The notes under the pieces: generated by a model
Databases searched by the model: none
What the model saw: only the letters and a program-made list of their open reading frames with translations
What the model was told of the DNA's origin: nothing
Assembly (NCBI GenBank): GCA_964016885.1
Contig: OZ024741.1
Coordinates: 93,620,001-93,684,000, forward strand
Direction of reading: 5' to 3'
DNA from: Eledone cirrhosa
Taxonomy: Eukaryota
DNA: 64,000 nucleotides
Translations under genes and position numbers: made by a program
Shown: positions 52,175 through 64,000 of the stretch, piece after piece
How positions within the stretch are numbered: the first letter of the stretch is position 1
Layout of the letters: the number at the start of each line of letters is the position of its first letter

Positions 52175-52997
52175 GTACCACAGACGCTCTTTTCATTGTA
52201 CGACAACTACAGGAGAAGTACCTAGCTAAAAGTAAACCCCTATACTTAGCTTTCGTCGACTTGGAGAAAGCCTTCGACAGAGTCCCCCGTTCCATTATCT
52301 GGTGGGCTCTTAGAAAACTAGGTGTTGATGAATGGCTTGTGAGAGCTATACCAGCCATGTATAAAGAAACAGTCAGCAAGGTTAGAATTAACAACGAATA
52401 TAGTGAAGAGTTTAGTGTAAAAGTTGGTGTTCATCAGGGCTCTGTTCTTAGCCCCCTACTATTTATTATTGCCCTCCAGGCTATAACAGTGGAGTTCAAG
52501 ACCGGCTGCCCATGGGAACTCCTATACGCAGATGATGTAACGCTCATAGCTGAATCAATGGCCGAGCTAGAGAAGAAATTCCATGTTTGGAATTTCTTCT
52601 CTAGCTCAACCTACTACAGTCAGTAGGCATCTCTAACAAAATACACCCCCGTCCCACCACCCCCACCCCATCCACACCGCCCCTTTCAATGTAAAGTTAT
52701 GTTGGTGCCACAACATCCAGGCCGAAACAAATGAGATCGTGTAGGTGTCACGTCAAAAAAACACACAGTTCACGCTGTAATGTGGCCGTGTAGGCAACAC
52801 GGTAAAAACCTCCCAGCCCCACACTGTAAATGTGGTTGGTGTTAGGAAGGGCATCCAGCTGTAGAAAACCCGCCAGATAGTCCTATGCGAGCAAGATAAC
52901 CACTCTTGCCTCAAGTGGGAAAACCCTCCGTCCAAACCCATGCAAGCATGGAACACGGACGTTAAACGATGATGATGATGATGATGATGATGATGAT
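52175..52997 (+). mobile_element. RTE family A with internal deletion and fold-back junction
   Basis: RT segment to ~52585, a short inverted copy, then a jump to the 3' UTR at ~52608. Confidence 0.88.
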
Positions 52998-53558
52998 ATG
53001 TAAATATCTTTAAGTTGTTTGGAAGCCTCGACAATGCAAATGGGTAAATCTCCGGGTAACAAGGTCCGGTGGTGGAGAGAGAGATGTAAGTGGGTGTACG
53101 TTGAGATGCGTGGTGTGTATAAGATGTGTGAGATTTGTAGAATGAAGGGAAGAGTATAAAGGATAAAATAAAAATAACAACACAAGAGAGAGTTACCTTG
53201 GGAGAGATTTAATAGTCCCTATATATTTCAGATTCACATCCATCAAATGGGGTTTTTTTCCGGGGTGGGGGAAAAGGTTGTCTGTCGGACAAGTCCGGAA
53301 TGCGTCCTTCGCTGTTTGTTGGTAACTCTCTCTTGTGTTGTTATTTTTATTTTATCCTTTATACTCTTCCCTTCATTCTACACATCTCACACATCTTATA
53401 CATACCACGCATCTCAACGTACACCCACTTACATCTCTCTCTCCACCACCGGACCTTGTTACCCGGAGATTTACCCATTTGCATTGTCAAGGCTTCCAAA
53501 CGACTTAAAGATATTTACTTATTGTTTCACAATGCTTCAAGCAAACTTCAATACTCTC

Positions 53559-53560
<2 letters not shown>
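52998..53560. repeat. Fold-back element with ~200-bp inverted arms
   Basis: 53000-53197 is the reverse complement of ~53321-53518. Confidence 0.85.
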
Positions 53561-53624
<64 letters not shown>

Positions 53625-53625
53625 G

Positions 53626-53656
<31 letters not shown>

Positions 53657-53667
53657 GTATATATATG

Positions 53668-53724
<57 letters not shown>

Positions 53725-53727
53725 GTA

Positions 53728-53768
<41 letters not shown>

Positions 53769-53770
<2 letters not shown>

Positions 53771-54268
53771 CATCATCATCATCATCATCATCACCGTTTT
53801 ACGTCCGTTCTTCCACGCTAGCATGGGTTAGACGGGTTGTCCTGTTGTGGGCAGTGTCTGGTCGGCTGACCATGCCTTGCTCATACAGGAACTGATCTGG
53901 CTTGATTTCTACAGCTGGATGCCCTTCCTAACACCAACCTCATTTACAGTGAGTGCTGGGTGCTTTTTCGTGGCGCCTACACGTCCACTTTACAGTGTGG
54001 GCTGGGTGCTTTTTTGCCGTGGCACCTCAACGACCACCTTGCGGTGGGGGGGGGGGGGGGGGGCATATTGTTTATATGCTTCAGCATGTACCCATGGGAG
54101 GTCGGGTACCCTGTATTACTGCGTGCCGCCAGAAGTCACGGTCGTGTGTCATTGACTTTGAGAGGTGTAGTTGGGTAAGGTCGGCTTTTATCACCTCATC
54201 CCAAGTCATCTTGGGTCTCCCCACTCCGCGGTTTCCATCAACTTCTAGTGCTCTGCACCTTTTAGTGC
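53769..54268 (-). mobile_element. RTE family B 3' fragment
   Basis: Reverse complement of ~17560-18050. Confidence 0.9.
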
Positions 54269-54275
54269 ATATGTA

Positions 54276-54340
<65 letters not shown>

Positions 54341-54341
54341 G

Positions 54342-54388
<47 letters not shown>

Positions 54389-54403
54389 GTATATATATAT
54401 ATG

Positions 54404-54482
<79 letters not shown>

Positions 54483-54507
54483 GTATGTATATATATATAT
54501 GTATATG

Positions 54508-54538
<31 letters not shown>

Positions 54539-55632
54539 GTATTCTCAATTTTGACCAACAAAGTGGACCAAATACACATCTATAAAAAAGGACCCCACGA
54601 AGAAACAGAAAATACCCAAGAGACGAATATTACTCCAGTATTAACTAAGCTAATCGAAACCATTGAAACAACAATGCTCCAAAAGCTTGAACAACCGTTA
54701 GAACCCAATCTACGAGATGTCCACTCAGTGAAAAACACCCTAATCAACATATGGACTCAAAAGCTCACAGCCCGCAAATTCGCCCTTTGGAATCTCCTAA
54801 AAAATAATGGCAAGGCAGACATATATGAAAAGTGGCTAAACTCTACCCCAATCATCCTCCCCAAAAAACTCCAAATAAAACCCATCCCGAATGAACCAGA
54901 AAACCAACAAAGACTTAGGGAAAAGATGGCATTGGAAAAATTTAAAACAGAAATAGAACTGTTGCGATTAAGAGCCAACTCCAACGAAGAAAAATTCAAG
55001 TCAGTCGACCAACAGATGGACACAGAAATCTCAAAGCACTCTGAAGGCCTACTCTACAAAAAAACCCTAAAACTTTGGAAAGAAAACTGTGAGGATGAAG
55101 AACTCACATCCCTCCAGCGATGGGAAAAAAACGCCATCTGGTTCAACAACTACGAAATGGACTTCAAAAATGAACAACATACAGGTAACCCATTTTTAAA
55201 ACAAACTAAAACTCACACACCACATGCACAACAAATAACAAAAAAAGTAACAAAACGTCCAACATACCCCCAGCAAAACTATAACGATAATCCCAGAAAC
55301 CATAGATAAAACTATAACCCTACTAACAAAAACCAAAGATCCCCGAACACAAGGCAGGACCTGATCCGCAGATCACAACCCACACAAAACCTATTCCAAA
55401 ACCGTAGACCCCTGCCCACACAGAGCCTGTTCCAAAACCATAGATCCCAACCCACACAAAGGAACCAAATCTACAACCCGGACTATCAACAAACCGAACC
55501 TCAATACGTCCGAAACTTCTATACAAGACCACACAACAACAGGGGAAATACCATTAGATATAATAATACCAATGAAAAAACATTCCAGAAAAATCATTTT
55601 TTAGACCAAGGCTACAGGACTCACGACACCCG

Positions 55633-57903
55633 GTGGCACAAACCGATTTTGAAAAACCGAAAATAATTAACATTTCAAATACAAACCTCTCAGCCCAACA
55701 AGTAAAAATTCTCTCCAAAGGTCTGAAATTCACACCAACACCACAATATCCTAACCCCAACGAGATAAATGACGATATCTCACACTTCTGTAGAAAATTA
55801 CGTCTCACAGAGGAATTCTTTGACAAGGAGAATAACGACGAATCAATTGTACGGAATAAAAGCAGCTACAACCCAACAAAAGGTAGAAACAGAGTTCTGG
55901 ACACATTTTGTGACCACATAGCTACCTTCCCATACCATGAACTACCGCAACCTAAACCCAAACCCAACACAAGTCGAAGGGAATGGGAGATTATCCATGA
56001 ACTAAAAAACAATCCGGACATTGTAATTAAGGAAGCGGACAAGGGAAGTACTGTTGTCATTATGGAGGCTGAAAAATATAAAAATTCTATGTTCTCTCTC
56101 TTACAAAATGCTAATTACTATGAAAGAGTAAAAAACTACCAGCAATCAAAAATAATGACCAAATTAAACACACTGATTTATCGATACCAGGAAGACCTAA
56201 CTAAAAAGGAACGCGATTATTTAACAAATTTTGAATACAAAACCAACAACCTTTACGGACTTCCGAAGATCCACAAATGTAAAATAATCAACGATGCCTG
56301 TAAACAATCCACCTCAGCCTGCGTGAACACACAATACCCCACATACCTTAAATTAAGACCAATTGTAGCGGGCCCACAATGTGAAACACACAGATTGAGC
56401 AACTTTATAGACATACTACTGAAACCAATACTGAAACACATACCAAGCCTTGTAAGAGACGATCTGGACCTCTTAAACCACCTCCACAAACATGTCAACA
56501 ACGACACTATTATTGTGTCTTTCGATGTAGTGAATCTCTACACAACGATCCCACACCAATACGGACTAGAAGCAATAGGATTCTGGCTAGAGAAATATCC
56601 CAATGAGATACCTGACAGAATAGAAAAAAGCTTCATCACCGAGGGATTAAAATTCATCCTACAGAACAACTTTTTTGATTTCGATGGCAATACTTACAAG
56701 CAAATATCGGGGACTGCGATGGGCACAAAAGCCGCTCCAACTTATGCCAACTTAGTCATGGCATACTTAGAAGTCCAGATATATGAACAGTCCAAATCAA
56801 AATACGGATTGAACTTCCACAAATATTTATCAGAGAACTGGAAACGCTACTTGGATGATTGCCTCATTCTTTGGTCCCACACACTCGACCAACTGAAGGA
56901 TTTCAAAAACTTAATAAATGGCATCAATAACCACATCCAATTCACAATGGAATACAGCCAAGATCAACTCCCATTTCTGGACATCTTAATCACAAAAAAA
57001 GACACAAATATCGAAACTGACATACACTACAAACCAACAGATTCCAAACAATATCTGCTATTCACCTCCAACCATCCAAAGCACACGAAGACGAACATTC
57101 CTTTTAACCTAGCAAGAAGAATTTGCACAATTGTCTCCAATTATGAAACGCGAAATAAAAGACTTCAAGAATTAAAGGAAATTCTACTTGAGAGAGAGTA
57201 CCCACTATTACTAATAAATAATGGAATAGAAAGGGCTAAAGCAATAGGCATTGATGAATTACGGAAACAGAAACAAATTCAAGGTACGTCCAATATTCTA
57301 TCATATATCTCAACACACAACCCAAGAAATGCGGAAGCTTACAACACTATTCACAATAACATCCCACTACTAAAACAAAACCCAAGAATGAAAAAAGCCC
57401 TTGAAACACACAAAATAATCAAAAGCAAAAGACAACCAAAATCACTGAAAACATTACTCACCAATGCCAAATTACCTACCACAAACCCACAACCAAGTAT
57501 CAAAAAATGTGGTCGCTCTAATTGTGGAACCTGCACTCACCTCATTGAAGGCAACACGTATACATTTAAATCAGGACAAAATTTTACTGTAAAAAATCAC
57601 TTCACTTGCTCATCAAAAAATCTACTTTATGCCATTAAATGTAAAGGATGCAATGAAGATTATATAGGACAAACTAAACTCACACTCAGAAACAGAATGA
57701 CAGTTCATCGCCAACAATTACGAGATCCAACCACGAGACAAATACCACTAAGTGCACATCTAGACATTTGCGCAAGTAATAAGACACCCAAATTCCAAGT
57801 CTTCCCATTTTACCTTTGCGCTAACAATACAACAGAACAAATGCGAATAAATAAGGAAAATATGTTTATTCAAAAATATAGACCAACATTAAATAAGGTT
57901 TAA
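55633..57903 (+). CDS. PLE reverse transcriptase + GIY-YIG endonuclease (Neptune-type)
   Basis: LSKGLKF, EADKGS, YGLPKIHK, RPIV, FDVVNLYTTIP, GTAMG, RYLDD, PFLD, CGRSNCGTC, NLLYAIKC..YIGQT..RM..H. Confidence 0.95.
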   Translation: MAQTDFEKPKIINISNTNLSAQQVKILSKGLKFTPTPQYPNPNEINDDISHFCRKLRLTEEFFDKENNDESIVRNKSSYNPTKGRNRVLDTFCDHIATFPYHELPQPKPKPNTSRREWEIIHELKNNPDIVIKEADKGSTVVIMEAEKYKNSMFSLLQNANYYERVKNYQQSKIMTKLNTLIYRYQEDLTKKERDYLTNFEYKTNNLYGLPKIHKCKIINDACKQSTSACVNTQYPTYLKLRPIVAGPQCETHRLSNFIDILLKPILKHIPSLVRDDLDLLNHLHKHVNNDTIIVSFDVVNLYTTIPHQYGLEAIGFWLEKYPNEIPDRIEKSFITEGLKFILQNNFFDFDGNTYKQISGTAMGTKAAPTYANLVMAYLEVQIYEQSKSKYGLNFHKYLSENWKRYLDDCLILWSHTLDQLKDFKNLINGINNHIQFTMEYSQDQLPFLDILITKKDTNIETDIHYKPTDSKQYLLFTSNHPKHTKTNIPFNLARRICTIVSNYETRNKRLQELKEILLEREYPLLLINNGIERAKAIGIDELRKQKQIQGTSNILSYISTHNPRNAEAYNTIHNNIPLLKQNPRMKKALETHKIIKSKRQPKSLKTLLTNAKLPTTNPQPSIKKCGRSNCGTCTHLIEGNTYTFKSGQNFTVKNHFTCSSKNLLYAIKCKGCNEDYIGQTKLTLRNRMTVHRQQLRDPTTRQIPLSAHLDICASNKTPKFQVFPFYLCANNTTEQMRINKENMFIQKYRPTLNKV

Positions 57904-58373
57904 TATACATTATGTCAACACCACAATATGACATACACACACACACATAACACCTACTTTAGAAAATAAAAACCCGAACTAAATAAACCTTAAACATACG
58001 TTTGCACTGGCAATACAACAGCAAACACGAAAAAGTCAGGAAAATATGTTCATTCAAAAATATTCCTACTAAAGGAATCATTTTCCTACACACACACATA
58101 CACACACACAATATATATATATATATATATTCTCTTCATCTTAACATGCTAACCATACTCCCACACACACACATAAAAACCCCCACACCTACAACACCCT
58201 CCCCATTTCTACTAATAGAACCACTTTCCTACACACATATATATATACACACACAAAAAATATATATTCTCTCTATCTAACATACTCGCGCACACACACA
58301 TAACACCCATATACACACACACACAACTCCCTCCCCCATCTCTACTAATAGAATCATCTTCCAATACACACAT

Positions 58374-58406
<33 letters not shown>

Positions 58407-58917
58407 AGCACACAAATAAACACATATCTTCAGTCTCAATAGAAAATCTGAACTCTGACACCTGAACTCTGACAGCTGACCATATTCACTGAACCAGAAC
58501 ATTTCTCCCAATCCCTTTTCCCTTGACCACTATCTCTCCATCGTCATAACATTCACTATAGACTACAGAATAGTTTTCCAAATAAGGGCGCAAAAATGTA
58601 ATGAAAACTTGTTCACGTGACAGCCAAATTTCATTTATAACCAACCAAAAAAAAGCCTTCGTGAGCCTCAGTTTTTCAAGTAAAAAGAAATTCAAACACT
58701 CATATATGAAAAAACAACCTGTGACACCCCCCCCCTCTCTCTTATTTGAAGAACTATTGTAACGCGAACTGGCGCGAAATTTATTATAATTATTGACAAA
58801 CCAATCAAATTACTTCTCGAAAAACCTGGTTTTCGAGCCAGTTTTTCCATATAAAACAAGTAACATTTAGAGACCAACCAGATGTGAGAAAAACCACAGA
58901 CCCTCCATCTCAACTCA

Positions 58918-58955
58918 CCTTTTGAAAAGCAGAAGAACTGCGAAACCGGTAAAGG
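58918..58955 (+). ncRNA. Minimal type I hammerhead with U3-A8 core
   Basis: cctt TTGAAAA gcag aagaa ctgc GAAA ccgg TA aagg. Confidence 0.75.
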
Positions 58956-59036
58956 AACCAAATAAATATATATATTTTTAAAAAAATAAGACTTCAGTTG
59001 CATTTTCGATTTCATCCCTTTTTCTTTATATATATG

Positions 59037-59169
<133 letters not shown>

Positions 59170-59264
59170 GTATATATATATATATGTATATATATATATG
59201 TATAAAATATTAAAAAAATAATGAATAAAACAATGAAACAGTTCCTTATATTAAACAAAAAAAG

Positions 59265-59418
59265 TTCATTATTTAACGATCGTTTCTAGGATATATATGT
59301 GTTAGAATTGGCATGCATATTCAACAGATCTATGTACAAAATTATACAAACTTATACAAACTATCAAAATTAAATATACATACCAACACATATATATGCC
59401 GTCTTCAGAAATAATGAA
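59265..59418 (-). ncRNA. Type I hammerhead with ~115-nt stem II
   Basis: Minus strand: ttcattattt CTGAAGA cggcatatatatgtgttgg...ctaacacatatatatccta GAAA cgatcg TT aaataatgaa. Confidence 0.8.
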
Positions 59419-60019
59419 ATATATTTATTGATAATAACAACAATTCAAAATTACAGGTCTGTTTGGGAACAGAGTTCAAATTGACCAATGAAAACACAAA
59501 AAGTTTATACAGTTAGGTGTGTGTATATATGTAAGTAACTTCGTTCACAGATATGCATAAGAATATATGTTCACATGCATACGCATGCCGAAAAGATGTA
59601 TGTAAATACAAAAATTCAAGGCTAATGTCTCTGTATGTTTATAATCTACAGATAAAATACGTATACGCATATAAACATATAAATATAAAAATAAATATAT
59701 ACACACATTCATATACTCACACATATACGTACATTCACACACACACACGCGCGTATACGCATAAACATACACACAACCACGAACATACATACACACACAC
59801 ACTCCCACACACATATATGTGTATATACTATTATCATAAGCATATGGACATTAATGCGCGCACATAAACACTGCCACACATATTTAGATCCAGATACAGA
59901 AAGTAGGTAGGGGGGGGGGGGGAGAAGAGGCCAGTATTTAGCGGTGTCAGCAAACTGCCTATTTATAAATGTATCTATAAATTTAGAAATAAAAAGAAAA
60001 AGAAAAAAGAAATATATTA

Positions 60020-60021
60020 AG

Positions 60022-60068
<47 letters not shown>

Positions 60069-60318
60069 AAGTAAAATATAAAATATACATCGATATACAT
60101 ACATATACATATATATACATATATATACATACATATACATACACATATACATATACACATACATATACATACACACACCATATAAATACACATACACATA
60201 CACGCACGCATACATATAGAGACACATACATATACACATATAAATACATAGACATATACACATATACACACATATATATATAAACATACACACATACATA
60301 TATATATATACATTCACA

Positions 60319-60372
<54 letters not shown>

Positions 60373-60452
60373 CTACACACATATAAACACACTCATGTAT
60401 ATACACACATACACATACATACCCACACATATATATATATATATATACATAT

Positions 60453-60500
<48 letters not shown>

Positions 60501-60840
60501 ATACACACATATACACATACACAAAGATATATATACATACACACACACATAATAAATATATATATATATACACACATATATATACATACATACACACACA
60601 TACATACTCATACATAGACATACATATATACACACATACATACACACATACATATACGCATATATACACATACATACACATCCATGTATGCGTATATACA
60701 TACAAACACCACCACACGCTCACACAACTCAGACATACATAAATAAAGGGATATACATACACATATATACATATATAAATAGAGATACATATACACATAT
60801 AAATATATACACACGTACACACACACATACATACACATAC

Positions 60841-60873
<33 letters not shown>

Positions 60874-60886
60874 TACATACACATAC

Positions 60887-60917
<31 letters not shown>

Positions 60918-60970
60918 TACATACACATACATATATATATACACACACACACACACATACATACACATAC

Positions 60971-61005
<35 letters not shown>

Positions 61006-61018
61006 TACATACACATAC

Positions 61019-61049
<31 letters not shown>

Positions 61050-61104
61050 TACATACACATACATATATATATACACACACACACACACACATACATACAC
61101 ATAC

Positions 61105-61137
<33 letters not shown>

Positions 61138-61150
61138 TACATACACATAC

Positions 61151-61183
<33 letters not shown>

Positions 61184-61193
61184 TACATACACA

Positions 61194-61233
<40 letters not shown>

Positions 61234-61239
61234 TACACA

Positions 61240-61271
<32 letters not shown>

Positions 61272-61322
61272 TACATACACATACATATATATACACACAC
61301 ACACACACATACATACACATAC

Positions 61323-61355
<33 letters not shown>

Positions 61356-61368
61356 TACATACACATAC

Positions 61369-61403
<35 letters not shown>

Positions 61404-61411
61404 TACATACA

Positions 61412-61443
<32 letters not shown>

Positions 61444-61460
61444 TACATACACATATATAT

Positions 61461-61557
<97 letters not shown>

Positions 61558-61566
61558 CATATATAT
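60020..61566. repeat. Mixed (CA)n/(TA)n microsatellite with ~40-bp higher-order repeat
   Basis: Unit (AC)n ATACATACACATAC (AT)n recurs across 60820-61470. Confidence 0.92.
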
Positions 61567-61790
61567 AAAAAAATAAAGAAATAAAATAAATAAATAAATA
61601 AATTAATTAATACACACAGTCAGACAAATATGCACACACATACATATACACATATATATACATACATATATATATAGTATGCTAGGGAAAGGATCAGGGG
61701 TGTATAACACTCCACTTATCCAGCAGGCAGTATTACCTTTCATTCTTCAATGTCTTGGATTTGTTATTGCTTGTATGGTATGTAATTAAC

Positions 61791-61848
61791 CTTTATGCTC
61801 TGATGAGTCCCACTTATAGTGTGGATGAAACAATGTTAGCAAGTAAAG
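61791..61848 (+). ncRNA. Type I hammerhead ribozyme
   Basis: tgct CTGATGA gtcccact tat agtgtggat GAAA caatg TT agca; distal cttta/taaag. Confidence 0.8.
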
Positions 61849-61992
61849 ATATGCATATGCTATAAGCGTTCTTTGTTATTTATTTATTATATTTATTACA
61901 TATATATATATATATACATACATATACATACATATATATATATACATACATATACATACATATATATATACACATACACACATCAACTACAA

Positions 61993-62026
<34 letters not shown>

Positions 62027-62824
62027 TCACATATACATGCGCACATACGTACATATATACACATACACACATATACACATAGACGTATACATGTGCATAC
62101 ATATACATACACACATATACCCACATAAATACATAGATACATATATATATACATATATATATATATATACACACAATCATACACCCTTATTTACATGCGC
62201 ACATATGTATTTTTATACTCACATACAAACACCCAAACATACATACCTACCTACATATACATACATACATCCACGCTTACAAATACAAATAATAATAGGG
62301 GGGGGGGGATTATAGTAAATATATGTTTCAAGAAACATAGAATATTAATCTGCATTTAGATCATAATATGTGTTTACATAGTAGTTTCAGTATTAGGAAA
62401 TGTAAGAAAGAAGGCAAAATTATGCATTTTAATATAAGTAGACTATTAATTATAGGTTAACTAAATTAAAGATAGTTAATATATTGATTTCTAAGGTGTA
62501 TACTACTTAGGTTTATAATATTTGAAGCGGAATTTTGAAGTTAAATAGTAGTAGAGTATTAATTATAGTATAACTAAATTAAAATTATTAACGTTATGGT
62601 ATCAATATTAGGAAATGAATTTAGTAATAGGGAAAAAAACAAATAAAGTATTACATCGGTAGTAGAATATAAATTATAGGTTAACTAAATTAAAAATTAT
62701 ATATTAATTTCTATAGTATATGTTAATTAGCTTTATAATAATTAAAACAGATATTGTATTTTATCTATAGTAGAATATAATTATAGGTAAACAGAAATTA
62801 AAATTAATACATACACATATATAT

Positions 62825-62903
<79 letters not shown>

Positions 62904-63383
62904 TATACATACATATACATATTTTTTCAAAAATTGCAAAGAATATATTAACTAGGTATACATCCAAAACCTATCTCAGTCTATGATTACATGACACTCT
63001 GCAATCCATCTGTATTAGGATATTAATTTTAAGCCAATTAAATTAAATTTTTAGGTTAACCAAATTTAAAACCAAATTATAAATATATTTCTAAAATGTA
63101 CATTAATTAGGTCTATAATATTAAAAATTATTTCTCTGTCATTGAATACACGATATTTTGTTATATTTTATCTGTAAAGGAATTTTAATAAAAGGTTAAA
63201 TAAATTAAAATTAATCTATAAATTAATTTACGAAGTATATATTAGTAATATTCAAAAGTTTTTCACAATTTATGATTACACAATATTTTATAATCTCATC
63301 TGTAGTAGAATTTTAATTAAATTAAATTTATAGGTTAACTAACATTTAAATTAAATTATATATTAATTTCTAAAATAATGTTA

Positions 63384-63860
63384 TTAATTAGGTTTATAAT
63401 ATTTAAATGTTTTTCTTAGTTTATGATTACACGATATAATTAATTCCTGTCGTTTATTTAATAGGATATCCTTAGATTTCATTATTTCAAATAGTTCTTG
63501 GGAACATAATCTACATTCATTTCTATTATTTTGATAAGGGGTGGCTCTTTTGAGCACACTCCAGGTCATATCATATTCTATATTCTTATTTTTATAACTA
63601 TTGATTTTTTCTGCTAGAGATGTTGTATTAGCCAGTGCGGCATTTTTAAAACTATGTTTGTGGGTATTAAACCTTACCTTCAAATTGTTAGAAGTAGCTC
63701 CTATATATGAGCAAATAGAATCTTTAGTTTTAACATTACATTTATAAACTATGTTGTTAACAAGACAATTTCCTTTTAATGGGCAGTTTGCTTTGTTTCT
63801 ACAGTTACAACCTTTCGTTAATTCTGTATTTGAGGAGATATTATGGTTAGTTTGATGTAT
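63384..63860 (-). pseudogene. Naiad-type PLE GIY-YIG C-terminal fragment
   Basis: GCNCRNKANCPLKGNCLVNNIVYKC..YIGAT..KVRF..H..CRLCSQE. Confidence 0.88.
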
Positions 63861-63869
63861 TGGTGGTAT

Positions 63870-63962
63870 TTGTGCATATTTGTCTGACTGTGCATATTTG
63901 TCTGATTTGTGCATATTTGTGCATATTTGTCTGATTTGTGCATATTTGTCTGACTGTGTGTA
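63870..63962. repeat. 18-bp minisatellite (tgtgcatatttgtctgay)
   Basis: About 4-5 copies. Confidence 0.85.
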
Positions 63963-64000
63963 TTAATTTATTTATTTATTTATTTATTTTATTTCTTTAT

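Larger units (their letters stand above)
54541..59028 (+). mobile_element. Neptune-type PLE, 5'-truncated
   Basis: Upstream coiled-coil-like ORF to 55309, ~39-bp Pro-rich repeats, RT-GIY-YIG ORF, 3' UTR with terminal hammerhead. Confidence 0.9.

Overview
This window is not prokaryotic. It is a gene-free stretch of AT-rich animal genome (the SINE/RTE/Penelope mix suggests a mollusc, possibly a cephalopod; this is inference). It is built almost entirely of retroelements nested in interrupted (TA)n microsatellite. It holds one CR1/L2-group LINE, about ten 5'-truncated copies of two RTE LINE families (RT followed by a PHD-like finger, (GAT)n tails), three tRNA-derived SINEs that share the RTE 3' tail, and several Penelope-like elements (PLEs; RT + GIY-YIG), including an intact Naiad-type copy with an inverted 5' duplicate. 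The most notable signal is non-coding. Two unrelated, near-perfect tandem arrays (310-bp unit at 9.5-12.6 kb; 467-bp unit at 44.4-46.7 kb) carry one type I hammerhead ribozyme per unit and are arranged as an inverted block plus a direct block, like the neighbouring PLEs. They look like non-LTR retrozymes (circular-RNA retroelements) mobilised in trans. I counted about 28 hammerhead motifs by eye in about nine sequence families, including a U3-A8 core covariant, a CAGAAGA core and one with a ~115-nt stem II. All folds were read by hand and none is tested. ORFs in the track made of Y/I/H/T/V/C runs are microsatellite artefacts.
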